From NCBI GenBank assembly GCA_012862495.1, contig BLSG01000454.1, positions 49,940 to 69,939 of the forward strand: DNA of 20,000 nt, in the 5' to 3' direction. The stretch comes from Thraustochytrium aureum. Its lineage: Eukaryota. The number at the start of each line of letters is the position of its first letter. Positions within the stretch are counted from its first letter, which is position 1. Positions 10,111-19,960 of this stretch are shown in pieces. A program made the translations under genes and the position numbers. Under the pieces are notes generated by a model. That model was not told where the DNA came from. It made no database searches and saw only the letters and a list, made by a program, of their open reading frames with translations.

Positions 10111-11721
10111 ATGAGGGCCGAGGTCGGGAGCGACACTGACAGCAGCGCTGGCACAGGTCCGCGCTCTGTACCCCAGAGCGGGCCTGGTAACGGCATCAGG
10201 GCAAACAGGTCCAGGAGCCACTCACGAGAGCTAGAGGTGGCCGTCAAAATTGATCAAGCGGACAGCGATGTTGCGGAAAGCGACGAAACGCAAACGGAGG
10301 ACGAAGAAGACGTCCGAATCGTCGAAGCAGCAGAGCTTGCCAGAATGCCGGTTAATCTGGCCGGTCAGAGGCCGTCACGCATCGCCGAGCCGGAGCGCGC
10401 CAAGGTCGATTCGGATGAGGACCCTGGCGCTTTGAGGAAGGTGGTCAAACTGGAGGACACGGCCCATTCCTTGTCGGGAAGCACCGAAGATGAAGGCAGC
10501 ACGCCCTTGGATGGTGCGAAAATAGCACGACTTGTGCCAACGTTTCTACCTCTGTAGCAGCGATGGGACGAGCATATTGCAAGGAGGAGAAGGTGAGGGG
10601 GCGGGAAGAGGAGGAGGAGGAGGACGAGGACGAGGAGGAGGAGGAGGACTCGCGCTCGGCAGGGAGCTGTGAGACGAGCGCCGTTGAGCTCGAGGCCCTT
10701 GCCAGCAGCGGTGAGGATTTTGCAGCCGTGGCACGGAGACGAATCTTGGGCCTTCCAGTTGGCGTGAAGAGTGCCGTTCTCGTTCAAGCGATTGCGCGAA
10801 ACCCGATTGCAGTGATCGAGTTCCTTAAGGCGAACACGGGCTGCACAGACGACATGTTGGGCAAGCTGTGCGATGGCGTGGCGAGCGTGGCGTTTGACGT
10901 TGTCCAAGTTGCACTCGAGCTCAGGAAAAAGCAGTCGGGCGAGTTGTGGGAAGGCGGTGCGCGCGCAGCGCAATGTGTACTAGAGGAAGCTTGCGCGGAA
11001 GATCGCGGGCCAGCCGGTGCGCAGTTGGCGCACGCTGGAGGGGCTCGTTCGTCTTTGCCGAGTAGCGCAGGCCGAGCTGGGGCGCATGCTGAGAGCGAGA
11101 CGATCTTGTCGGGCTCGCCGTCCGTGGCCCGGGACAGGGGCCTCGGTGGGCCTTCAACGACCTCGGCACTCGCAGCGAAACAGGAATTGCCATTAGGAGC
11201 GGGCCCGCACGGGGCGAACGGAGTCGCTGCCGCCAGGCCGGGCGACAAGCGCAAGCGCCAAGGCTCGGGCGGCGTGCATGGATCGCCAAAGAGGAGGNNN
11301 NNNNNNNNNNNNNNNNNNNNNNNNNNNNNNNNNNNNNNNNNNNNNNNNNNNNNNNNNNNNNNNNNNNNNNNNNNNNNNNNNNNNNNNNNNNNNNNNNNNN
11401 NNNNNNNNNNNNNNNNNNNNNNNNNNNNNNNNNNNNNNNNNNNNNNNNNNNNNNNNNNNNGACAAGAGCAATATCCGTCTCGCCATCGTCAAGTGCCGGG
11501 GACGGGCTTCGTCAGACAACCCTGCTGGCGTTCAGGACGTTGAGCGATGGATCGACCAATGAATCGACCAATCCTGCGCAAAAGAGAAGCCAGACCCCCG
11601 AGGCCTTGGTGGAATGTGCGCGCAAGAGTGGAAAAGCAGAATGAAGGTCAAGCTAGAAAATATGCAGAGCGCTTCTCCGGTGGACCGCGGTCATGAGAAG
11701 GTCGTCGACTTGACTTCGTAG
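10111..11721 (+). CDS. Uncharacterised low-complexity, probably nuclear protein (tentative multi-part model)
   Basis: ORF 10111-10557 (acidic, S/D/E-rich) joins ORF 10563-11297 in frame through a predicted intron 10514-10557. It contains a poly-E tract, a helical segment (RRILGLPVGVKSAVLVQAIARNPIAVIEFLK) and a basic NLS-like KRKR...KRR. After gap 11298-11460 the frame starting at 11461 looks coding up to TAG 11719-11721, but it has an internal TGA at 11560-11562. No family recognised. Confidence 0.5.
10514..10557 (+). other. Predicted 44-nt spliceosomal intron (alternative acceptor at 10560)
   Basis: G|GTGCGA donor, CCAAC branch-like motif, pyrimidine-rich TTTCTACCTCTG and a TAGCAG acceptor. 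Removing it restores the frame between the two adjacent ORFs. Confidence 0.45.
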
Positions 11722-11859
11722 CCACGTAGGAGAGCCAGGAGGTTCCATCCAACGATTGTCTTTCCCTTGCGTAGTTGCTTGCTGATCAAGTTTTGCACTA
11801 TTGTTTGTAGATTTTGCCGGCGCTGCAGCCGCGTTGGCTCCTCGCCGTTGCCCGCCGCG

Positions 11860-12639
11860 CTACAGCAATGGAAGCAGGTTGCTGACAGGGTCCCGCTTGC
11901 TGCGAATCATGGACTTTACGAGTTCTGGCGAAGCTGCCAGGTCGGCGTCGAGGCGACTGAGCTGGCCGAGCACGTTGTCGAGGCGCTCCATCTGGCCGTC
12001 CAGCTGGCGGTGGTGCAGCGGCGAGAGCTCTGCCTCTGGGAAGTGCACGATGCGCGTCGCGCAGTCGATGCAGACGTCTAGCTCTCCATCGCTGACCATC
12101 TCCATGAGCAGCAGCTCGGCCTCGCGCGCAGGGTCGGCGCCGCCTTGAATCCCAACCCGCTCTGCGAGCACTGCAAGCGGGAGTGTGGCGAAGGCCTTTC
12201 GCAGCGCCAGCACCCTGCAGCGCATTTGGGCGCGCACGGTCTGCTTGACCAGGCCAAAGGTCGAGTCGCGCTGAAACTCGGCTTTGTGCGCGTCTATCGC
12301 GGCCACGAGCTCGGCAGGTCCCTTTGCAAAGGCCTCTGCGAGGGCTTCGTAGGCGGCGAGGCCGGGAATGCTGTTGTGGCGCGCCAGGTTGGACGTGACA
12401 GCGGAGGCGGTGTACTTTGGGAGACGCGGGCGTTCGCCATGGCGGATCAAGTTGACCAGCAAGAGCTGCTGGTAGGCGCAGACGATGATCTTGCTGAGCG
12501 TGCTCGTCGGGAGCGAGATGCAGATGCGGTACAGCTCGATCGCGCGGTCGAACCGCTTGAGCGTCGCGTAGATGCGCCCTCCGTAGTAAAAGTAGCGCAT
12601 CACGTCGACTGCGGTGGTCCCCTTGGCGCCCGACGTGTG
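11860..12639 (-). CDS. CSN3: COP9 signalosome complex subunit 3 (PCI domain), 3' part; the start lies within gap 12640-13446
   Basis: Colinear with recalled COPS3 motifs: RYFYYGGRIY vs CYYYYGGMIY; LPKYT; FQRDSTFGLVKQ vs FTRDNNMGLVKQ; LRKAFATLPL vs LTKTFLTLSL; EAELLLMEMVSDGEL vs EAEKYVLHMIEDGEI. Confidence 0.93.
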   Translation of the reverse strand, partial: HTSGAKGTTAVDVMRYFYYGGRIYATLKRFDRAIELYRICISLPTSTLSKIIVCAYQQLLLVNLIRHGERPRLPKYTASAVTSNLARHNSIPGLAAYEALAEAFAKGPAELVAAIDAHKAEFQRDSTFGLVKQTVRAQMRCRVLALRKAFATLPLAVLAERVGIQGGADPAREAELLLMEMVSDGELDVCIDCATRIVHFPEAELSPLHHRQLDGQMERLDNVLGQLSRLDADLAASPELVKSMIRSKRDPVSNLLPLL

Positions 12640-15400
12640 NNNNNNNNNNNNNNNNNNNNNNNNNNNNNNNNNNNNNNNNNNNNNNNNNNNNNNNNNNNNN
12701 NNNNNNNNNNNNNNNNNNNNNNNNNNNNNNNNNNNNNNNNNNNNNNNNNNNNNNNNNNNNNNNNNNNNNNNNNNNNNNNNNNNNNNNNNNNNNNNNNNNN
12801 NNNNNNNNNNNNNNNNNNNNNNNNNNNNNNNNNNNNNNNNNNNNNNNNNNNNNNNNNNNNNNNNNNNNNNNNNNNNNNNNNNNNNNNNNNNNNNNNNNNN
12901 NNNNNNNNNNNNNNNNNNNNNNNNNNNNNNNNNNNNNNNNNNNNNNNNNNNNNNNNNNNNNNNNNNNNNNNNNNNNNNNNNNNNNNNNNNNNNNNNNNNN
13001 NNNNNNNNNNNNNNNNNNNNNNNNNNNNNNNNNNNNNNNNNNNNNNNNNNNNNNNNNNNNNNNNNNNNNNNNNNNNNNNNNNNNNNNNNNNNNNNNNNNN
13101 NNNNNNNNNNNNNNNNNNNNNNNNNNNNNNNNNNNNNNNNNNNNNNNNNNNNNNNNNNNNNNNNNNNNNNNNNNNNNNNNNNNNNNNNNNNNNNNNNNNN
13201 NNNNNNNNNNNNNNNNNNNNNNNNNNNNNNNNNNNNNNNNNNNNNNNNNNNNNNNNNNNNNNNNNNNNNNNNNNNNNNNNNNNNNNNNNNNNNNNNNNNN
13301 NNNNNNNNNNNNNNNNNNNNNNNNNNNNNNNNNNNNNNNNNNNNNNNNNNNNNNNNNNNNNNNNNNNNNNNNNNNNNNNNNNNNNNNNNNNNNNNNNNNN
13401 NNNNNNNNNNNNNNNNNNNNNNNNNNNNNNNNNNNNNNNNNNNNNNCTGCCTTCGAGTCGGGCCGGCCTGGCCAGCCTGGGGCGGAAGCGGTTCGGACTG
13501 TGGCACCGGGCACAGCTTCGAGCTGGCGGCTTGGCTGGCCTGCCTCGGGCCGGCCTGGGGTCGGCTTCGTTGCGCGATTTAGTTGTGGCAACCAACCACT
13601 GGCAGTCCTTGGTTTGATGCTGCGGCGGCACCTCGCACGTTCACCGTCAACCTACGCTGTAAATTTTACATCAGAAACTAATACACGAACCTACGAGCCG
13701 AGAAACGTTCTTCGCAGACCTGCCCCCCTGGCAGCGCTTCCACACTGACGTGCGGAGAGAAGCAATGCAGTCGGAGCCTTGAGGTTCCCCACGGAGAATC
13801 CTCACTGACAGCATTTGGTGCGAATACTATCGTAACAGTTGTGTCTGGAAGCAGCTGTGTGGAAGCAATAGAGTATCCCCAGGGCCTTGGTGCGGCCTTT
13901 CGGTGCGGGGGTCGCCCCTGCGACCACCCTGCAACGGATTTCTTTACGTTGCGCTGCGCGTTGCGTGGACGAGCGAGCAAGCGCACCTCCAGCGCCGTCG
14001 CACTGTCTGCCCCTGGCCTGCCCGAGGATCACTAACTTGGGCCGACCGCGGAGGTAGCGGCCTTGGGCCGCTCCGAGCCGCTCCGAGGCATATTGCGGAA
14101 TGCGCTCGAAGGCGTCGTCAAACTCTTGCTTCCAGTCGACAAATCCGAGGTCTGCGCCGTGAAGGAGCTGAATCCAGGCGGACGGACGCGCGAATCCACT
14201 CGGCTCGAGGCCGACAATTAGCGCGAGATGCGTGCGCAGCGTCTCGAGACGCTTCCTCGCGTCGCGCGCTCCAAGGAGGAAAGCTAAGCGAGCTGGTAGA
14301 CTTGCTCGCTCACCAGTTCAGTCCACCAGCGCTCCTATTCACGGCGGGCGGCCGGCCTTCGTCCCGGGTTCAGGGAGACTGGGACCCCGCACTGACGAAG
14401 AGGGTGGCACGTTTTTTTTATAAATAATTTTCTTACAGTTTCTGTCGAGCGAGGGTCGATGGGCTCAAGAGGCCTGGAGGCGGGAGAAGCTGTTGTCCTT
14501 GGATGATGCGGACTGCTGTAGTAACGGCGCGAACCAGGAGGATCCGGCTTGGTGCAAGCAAGCAACGAGCAGCGAGCGACCTTGGTCTGAGCTTCACGCC
14601 CCGCCCATCGCCTCCAGTTGAAAGAAAACTGCCGCGGATCCCCCGTCGTCGGTGCTCTTTTGGGGCGTGGGAGGGCCCATCAGATCAGAATTCAGAATTT
14701 TCAGGTTCTCGGGCGCATTCAAGAGTATGCCGGTGTAACACGACCTTGCTCGCCCTGAAAACTGTACCTTACCACCTGCTCTAACCGCTAGCTAGCTGCT
14801 AGTAGTACACCGTCCGGTTCGGGGCGAGGTCGATTCAGCGAAACGGACTGGGATGGCCTGCTCGTGCCGGGCCTGGAGCGGCGGCGCCCGGCGCCGCCAT
14901 TACCGGTGCTCGCCGTCAAGGCCGCGGAGGCTGCTTTGGCTCTGCGCCGACGGGGGCGTGCTGGCCCGGCCGCAGGCTCTCATTCCCCACCAGCGGCGAA
15001 CAAGCGGGGCGGTTTCTTCGCAGGCAATGGTGCAGCCGGAGCCAGCCGCTCGCAGGCGTGGAGGTACGGTACCATGGGGAAACGTGTCGATTAGTGCACC
15101 GCCTCTCGCCGGCGGTGGCTGCGCTGGCCGCCCGTACGCGTTGTGCTCGGTGCGTGTGTTGGAGCCGGACAGGCCGTTTTTATTTTCAACCGGAGCCTGC
15201 TTGGCCTTGGACGTCGCCAAAAACGATTCGTCTGAGGGAACAGAGCTTTCTGAGTTGTCGCGGAGGCAACTCTGGTTGAGGGAACCTGAGCCATACGCCT
15301 GCCTCACTGGGCGATTCAGAGGAGCTGGCCGCGCCACGTCAAGACCAAGGCGCCCTCAAGATCGCAAGTTGCTCTGTTGCACAATGCCTCCTCCGTGCGC

Positions 15401-15420
15401 TGCACTGCACTGCACTGCAC
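15401..15420 (+). repeat. (TGCAC)4 microsatellite
   Basis: Four perfect copies. Confidence 0.85.
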
Positions 15421-16164
15421 AACCAGCCCCGCCACATTGCCATTGCTCGGCGCGCTGTCCGAGTCGCATCGCATCTGCTCGCCAAGCACCTCGCCCCTAA
15501 AACTAAACGCTGCTGGAATTCGGCACTGACGAGCGCGATCCCTCAAGGCTCCGAAAGTAGAATACGAGTACTCTACTAGCTCCCATCATGATTCCACACG
15601 ACGCGAACGCTGCTGGCCTCCACCCTTCCGTCCCGCCCGCTCCATGATGATGAATGATTTCCCCGGCGGCTGCGCCTGAAACAATTGGCCGAGTACGCGA
15701 GAAAGAGGCAGTGGCGGGCCCATGGGCGGGCCCGTGTCTCCCTTTGTTCCTTGCTTCTTTCCTTTCCTTGTGTAGTACTACCTGCAAATTGACAAATGTT
15801 GCGCNNNNNNNNNNNNNNNNNNNNNNNNNNNNNNNNNNNNNNNNNNNNNNNNNNNNNNNNNNNNNNNNNNNNNNNNNNNNNNNNNNNNNNNNNNNNNNNN
15901 NNNNNNNNNNNNNNNNNNNNNNNNNNNNNNNNNNNNNNNNNNNNNNNNNNNNNNNNNNNNNNNNNNNNNNNNNNNNNNNNNNNNNNNNNNNNNNNNNNNN
16001 NNNNNNNNNNNNNNNNNNNNNNNNNNNNNNNNNNNNNNNNNNNNNNNNNNCCCGGGCGGGGAAAGAGAAGAGGGACCGAGGGTCTGAGGAGCGCATGAAC
16101 GGGGCCTTGATGTTGCAGACAGGAACGATGCACTCTGCTCGTTGGTATGGTGTGCTGGTTGCTT

Positions 16165-16268
16165 GTTTCGTTCTTTCTTCTTCTCCTTTCTCGGTTTTCG
16201 TTCGTTCGTTCGTTTGTTCGTTCTTTCGCTTCTCCCCTTGCTTCTCTCCTTGCTTCCTTCTTTCTTCG
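16165..16268. repeat. Pyrimidine-rich tract with (TTCG)n
   Basis: TTCGTTCGTTCGTTCGTTTGTTCG embedded in CT-rich sequence. Confidence 0.75.
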
Positions 16269-16574
16269 CGCAGTGGGAGGAGGCGCGAGAGAACGAACGC
16301 GCAGGGAAGGCAGGGGCGCCCTCTGCGTGGGCGCGCGCCGCCGGAAGGTGCGCCTCTCAAGCCGCTCGTGAGCAGCTCGGCAGTCTGTGCGGCGTCCCTC
16401 GAGGAGGGAAAGAGCTCGCATGCTCGAGAGCGCCGCCGCACCCAAAAGCGAGGCGGCGGCGGGAGGAGGAAGGGGCGCACGGAGGGGAAGGCGGAGAGGC
16501 AGCGGCGCTCTTTCCTCCTCGCTTACTTACTCACCTTACGCACAGGCTTGCTTTTGCTTTGCCTGTGATTTTTT

Positions 16575-16632
16575 GATTGATTGATTGATTGATTTGGTTG
16601 ATGACTGATTGATCGATCGATGGAGATTGATT
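16575..16632. repeat. (GATT)5 plus degenerate GATT/GATC repeats
   Basis: Perfect (GATT)5 at 16575-16594, followed by degenerate copies. Confidence 0.85.
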
Positions 16633-16722
16633 CGCTCGGTCCATTGACGGCAACAGCACCCGTTGACGGCAGCGGTGGACTGCGCCAGGCGCTGCAGTCC
16701 GTCAGCCGCCGCGGCCTCAGGA

Positions 16723-16762
16723 CGCTCGCTCGCTCGCTCGCTGCTCGCTCGCTCGCTAGCTC
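16723..16762. repeat. (CGCT)n microsatellite, interrupted
   Basis: CGCTCGCTCGCTCGCTCGCTGCTCGCTCGCTCGCTAGCTC. Confidence 0.85.
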
Positions 16763-17355
16763 GGTTCGGCCGGGCTCGGTTGCTGGCTGGCTGGCCGGCG
16801 TGGCTGGCGGACGGCGTGTGAACGGAGGGCGCCGAGTCCATTGTCGCGCGAGTCCATTCTCGAGCAAACGGTGGCGCTGCTGCTCCTGCTCGAGCGCGGG
16901 TCCATTGACGCGAGGGTTGGATAGCGGTGCAAAGCGGGGGAAAAGTATCGGGCCGGGAAGTTGGAGATCCGGCGTTCAGGCCGGCGTTCAGGGTGCCTGG
17001 CCTGAGGGGGCGAGAGCGCAACAAGTGCGCGCTCAACGCGCTTGCCAGCTTGTGCACGCGAAAAGCGAAGAAGCGAGACGCCGGACAAGACAGAGCACTC
17101 GCACCCGCTGAACCCGGAGCGTGGGCGAGAAAGCTGGTTACATCCGCACCGGGACACCGGTGGACACGCGAGAAAGCCAAGCCGGTGCGCCTTATAGCCG
17201 GGACAGAGCGCGCTCGGAGCTCAGTTCCCAAAAGTCGCCGAGCGCGCGCTGCCGAGGCAGCCCAGCGCAGCGCTGGAAACAACGGGCAGCCGCCGACCGC
17301 TAGGGCAGGCAGCCGCTCAGCAAACGCGCTTCGTCGAGCGCAAGGTAGTTGAAAA

Positions 17356-19389
17356 ATGCAGGTCGCCATGCAGCCGCCCACCACAAGGCTAGGCTTGTGC
17401 CGCGGCGCCAAGCGGAGCCGCGACGACCCCGCCGCGCACACAAAGCCACACAAAAGACGCGACGATCGAGCCGTGCGCCGTCCCTCTCTCCCTGGCCGCC
17501 GAGGCCGAGCGCGAGTCGGCGCGCGCGCACCACGCAACCCTCGAGGCCAGCAGGGCACCAGCACAGCACCTGCACGAGGACAAGGTTGCGCTTCTCGAGT
17601 GGGTCAAGGCCGAAGCGCAGGCTGCGCAGTCCATGCACTTTCCCCCAGCCTCGTCATCGTTCTCCTCTTCGTCCTCTTGCTCGTCAGCTTCGGCGCCACA
17701 GCAGCATGCAGCTCCGGGCGCGCGAGGGGGGTCGCCTCCAGGGCAGCACCAGCGTGCACTGCGCCCCCGGCAGGGCCTGCGTCGCAGCACCTCGAGCTAC
17801 TGCGCAAAGCGTGCAGCACCATCTCGAGTCGCGTCCCAGGCTTCAGGGCCGAGTTCGCCGTGGACGCGTCTAGCGGGGCCGTCGCGGTGTGGCTCGAGGT
17901 CGACCTAGCTCGCGTCTGCGGGCTCGACGACGCCTACATTCAGCGCCTCGGCGTGGCCTCCTCTGATGGAAGCGTCGTCTTCATGTTCGAGTTCGCTGGA
18001 GGCCGCGTGCATCGCTCAAGTGTCCGCTTCATTCGCTGCTGCGCCGCGCTGCCCGAAGCGCACGCAGAGCGCCAAGCGCTCATCCAGGCCGCGCGTGCCG
18101 ACCCGCTCGGACTCAAGAGCGCCGCAGGCGGCCCGGTTCACTGGCTTCTGGGCGACCGCGTCAAGCACAAGTTTGCTGAGGACGAAATCGCCGACACGGA
18201 ATCGCTGGAAGAGCTCCTGATCAACTTGGGGGAATTCGTGGGGCTGTACATTTCGCACGCGCCGACGCACTGCCTCATGTGCGACCGCCCGATGCCCATC
18301 TCGATGCCAAAGCCATGCGTCTGCGACAGCTCGGCCTGCATCTTCCAGTCGCGCGAGCTCGGGCTCGGCTTTAGCATCGAGGAGGAGATCCTCAACCGGC
18401 CACAAGTCGTGGAGCTCCTGCTCACGTTTTTCTCATGCTCGCTGCTCAGCCGCCGCGACATCGACCTGCAAGCCATCCCCAAGAAGATCATCGAAAACTC
18501 GGTCTACGCAGCCTCGTTCACCCCGCTCACCGAGGTGAGCTCGGACGAGCTCTCGCCCAACGAGCTCACGCTCTTTTACGCCCTTGGGTACGTGCCGCCG
18601 ATCTCGGAGATGATCAACATGGTCGAGCGCGGCACCTTCAAGACGCACATGGACGGAATCGACACACGCCTCTACCCGCTCCCTGCAGTGGCTCATCGGC
18701 GGCTGCCGGTCCTTCATCCGCGTCCTCGAGCCAGAAAAGCAGTTCCCCGACATGTGCACGCCGCATCAGTTCGTCTTTGACTTTGCCGCAGTCGAGAAAG
18801 AGGCGCGCTTCCAGGCTGCACAAGACAAGGTTGGGACATTCTTTGCCTTTCACGGAAGCTCGGCCTTCGCGTGGAACTCGATCATCTCCACCGGCCTGAA
18901 AAACCTCAGCAACACGGACAACATGAGCTACGGCGCCATGAAGGGCAGCGGGATCTACTTTAGCACCTCCTTCCACACGAGCCTGCACTATGCCAAGCCC
19001 ACCAAACTGCGCCAGCCCTGGGTGCACTCGGGTCTCGGCCGCCACCCGCGCGCAATCGCACTGTGCGAGATCGTGGACCGCCCCGAGATGTTCGCCTACA
19101 GCGAGCAAAAGTGCTTCACCGAGTGTACGCCGCAGGAGCGCGCCAACGGCCAGCTCCACGTTGTTCCCCAAGAGGACTTTGTGCAGACGCGGTATCTCTT
19201 CGTATACAACGAGCACATCACGCCGCCGCCGCCCTCGCACCATATTTTTGCGCTTCGTGCCTCGGTCATGAACAAGATCTCTGCGCTTAAAGCGGAGGAA
19301 AACCCGTTTGACGCCGCCCCACAGGCGCCCTCGACAGCGGCGCGCGCGCCAGCGCAAGACGCGCCAGCGCATCCGTACATGGCGCTCGC

Positions 19390-19425
<36 letters not shown>

Positions 19426-19888
19426 GATGGTCCAGCATGCCAACCAGGTGTGCCACGCCACCCACATGGGGCCTGTTCCGTACGTCTTTCAGCAGCCGAT
19501 GGCTTGGTTTTTGCAAAACCCGTCGCCGGTCATGCCTGGGGGTCAGGTGCCCAGTGGCCAGATGCAATTGCCGGGCCAGGTTCCGGCAAGTGCTCCAGCT
19601 GTGGGCTACCAGTTTGCGCCGGCCATGCATCCTGGCGCCGGTTTCGTGGCGCCGGGTCCTGCGCGACTTCCTCATTACCACCCAATCTCGCAGCATGCCG
19701 TGGCTTCGCCGTTGGCCTTTTGCCAAGGCGGCCGCTGCGGCGACCCGCTCTCGCACGACTCGTTGGTGGCTGGCTTGCGCCGCGAGTGCCTCGAAACGCA
19801 AGCGACGCGCAACCAGGAGGCGGCCCTGGCGCAGCGCGTGAGGCACTTGCAAGAGCATATTCGCCAGCTTCGGGCGCAGCAGCGCTGA
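17356..19888 (+). CDS. PARP6/PARP8-like mono-ADP-ribosyltransferase (frameshifted in this assembly)
   Basis: Contains a Cys-rich motif CLMCD...KPCVCDSSACIF...EEILNRPQVVELL, as in PARP6/8. Removing one C at 18681-18683 gives MDGIDTRLYPLLQWLIGGCRSFI...MCTPHQF, matching recalled PARP6/8 MDKLDPLAHPLLQWIISSNRSHI...MHTSHQF. The catalytic domain has FAFHGS, GIYFS, IALCEIV and VQTRYLFVY, followed by a Q/P-rich tail. Confidence 0.9.
19391..19423 (+). repeat. (CAG)11 encoding polyglutamine in the PARP tail
   Basis: Eleven uninterrupted CAG codons in frame with ORF 18752-19888. Confidence 0.95.
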
Positions 19889-19893
19889 GAGCA

Positions 19894-19906
19894 CCGGCCG
19901 GCCGGC

Positions 19907-19959
<53 letters not shown>

Positions 19960-19960
19960 G
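19894..19960 (+). repeat. Compound (GCCG)n-(GCCA)12 microsatellite just after the PARP stop codon
   Basis: CCGG repeats at 19894-19908, then 12 perfect GCCA units at 19909-19956. Confidence 0.95.

Noticed and set aside
9545..10114. Poly-Val membrane protein ORF
   Set aside because: It is a product of GTT/GTC repeats, starts at TTG and has no domain signal.
11560..11562. Selenocysteine codon
   Set aside because: The TGA derives from a duplicated Trp (TGG) codon, is not in a redox motif, and no SECIS-like element is evident in 11722-11860.
15644..15679. C/D box snoRNA (ATGATGA ... CTGA)
   Set aside because: The boxes span only 36 nt, with no second D box or terminal stem visible.
16969..16992. 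12-bp tandem duplication CCGGCGTTCAGG x2
   Set aside because: It is real but an ordinary slippage event with no functional clue.
17650..17706. Transmembrane or signal segment (LVIVLLFVLLLVSFG) in the PARP ORF
   Set aside because: It is most likely the out-of-frame reading of a poly-Ser tract; the alternative frame is more protein-like on both sides.
10111..19888. Functional gene cluster for protein modification (SUMO-motif protein, CSN3, PARP)
   Set aside because: The genes have mixed orientations and include housekeeping genes, and eukaryotic adjacency is not evidence of a system. Conserved synteny or co-expression would be needed.
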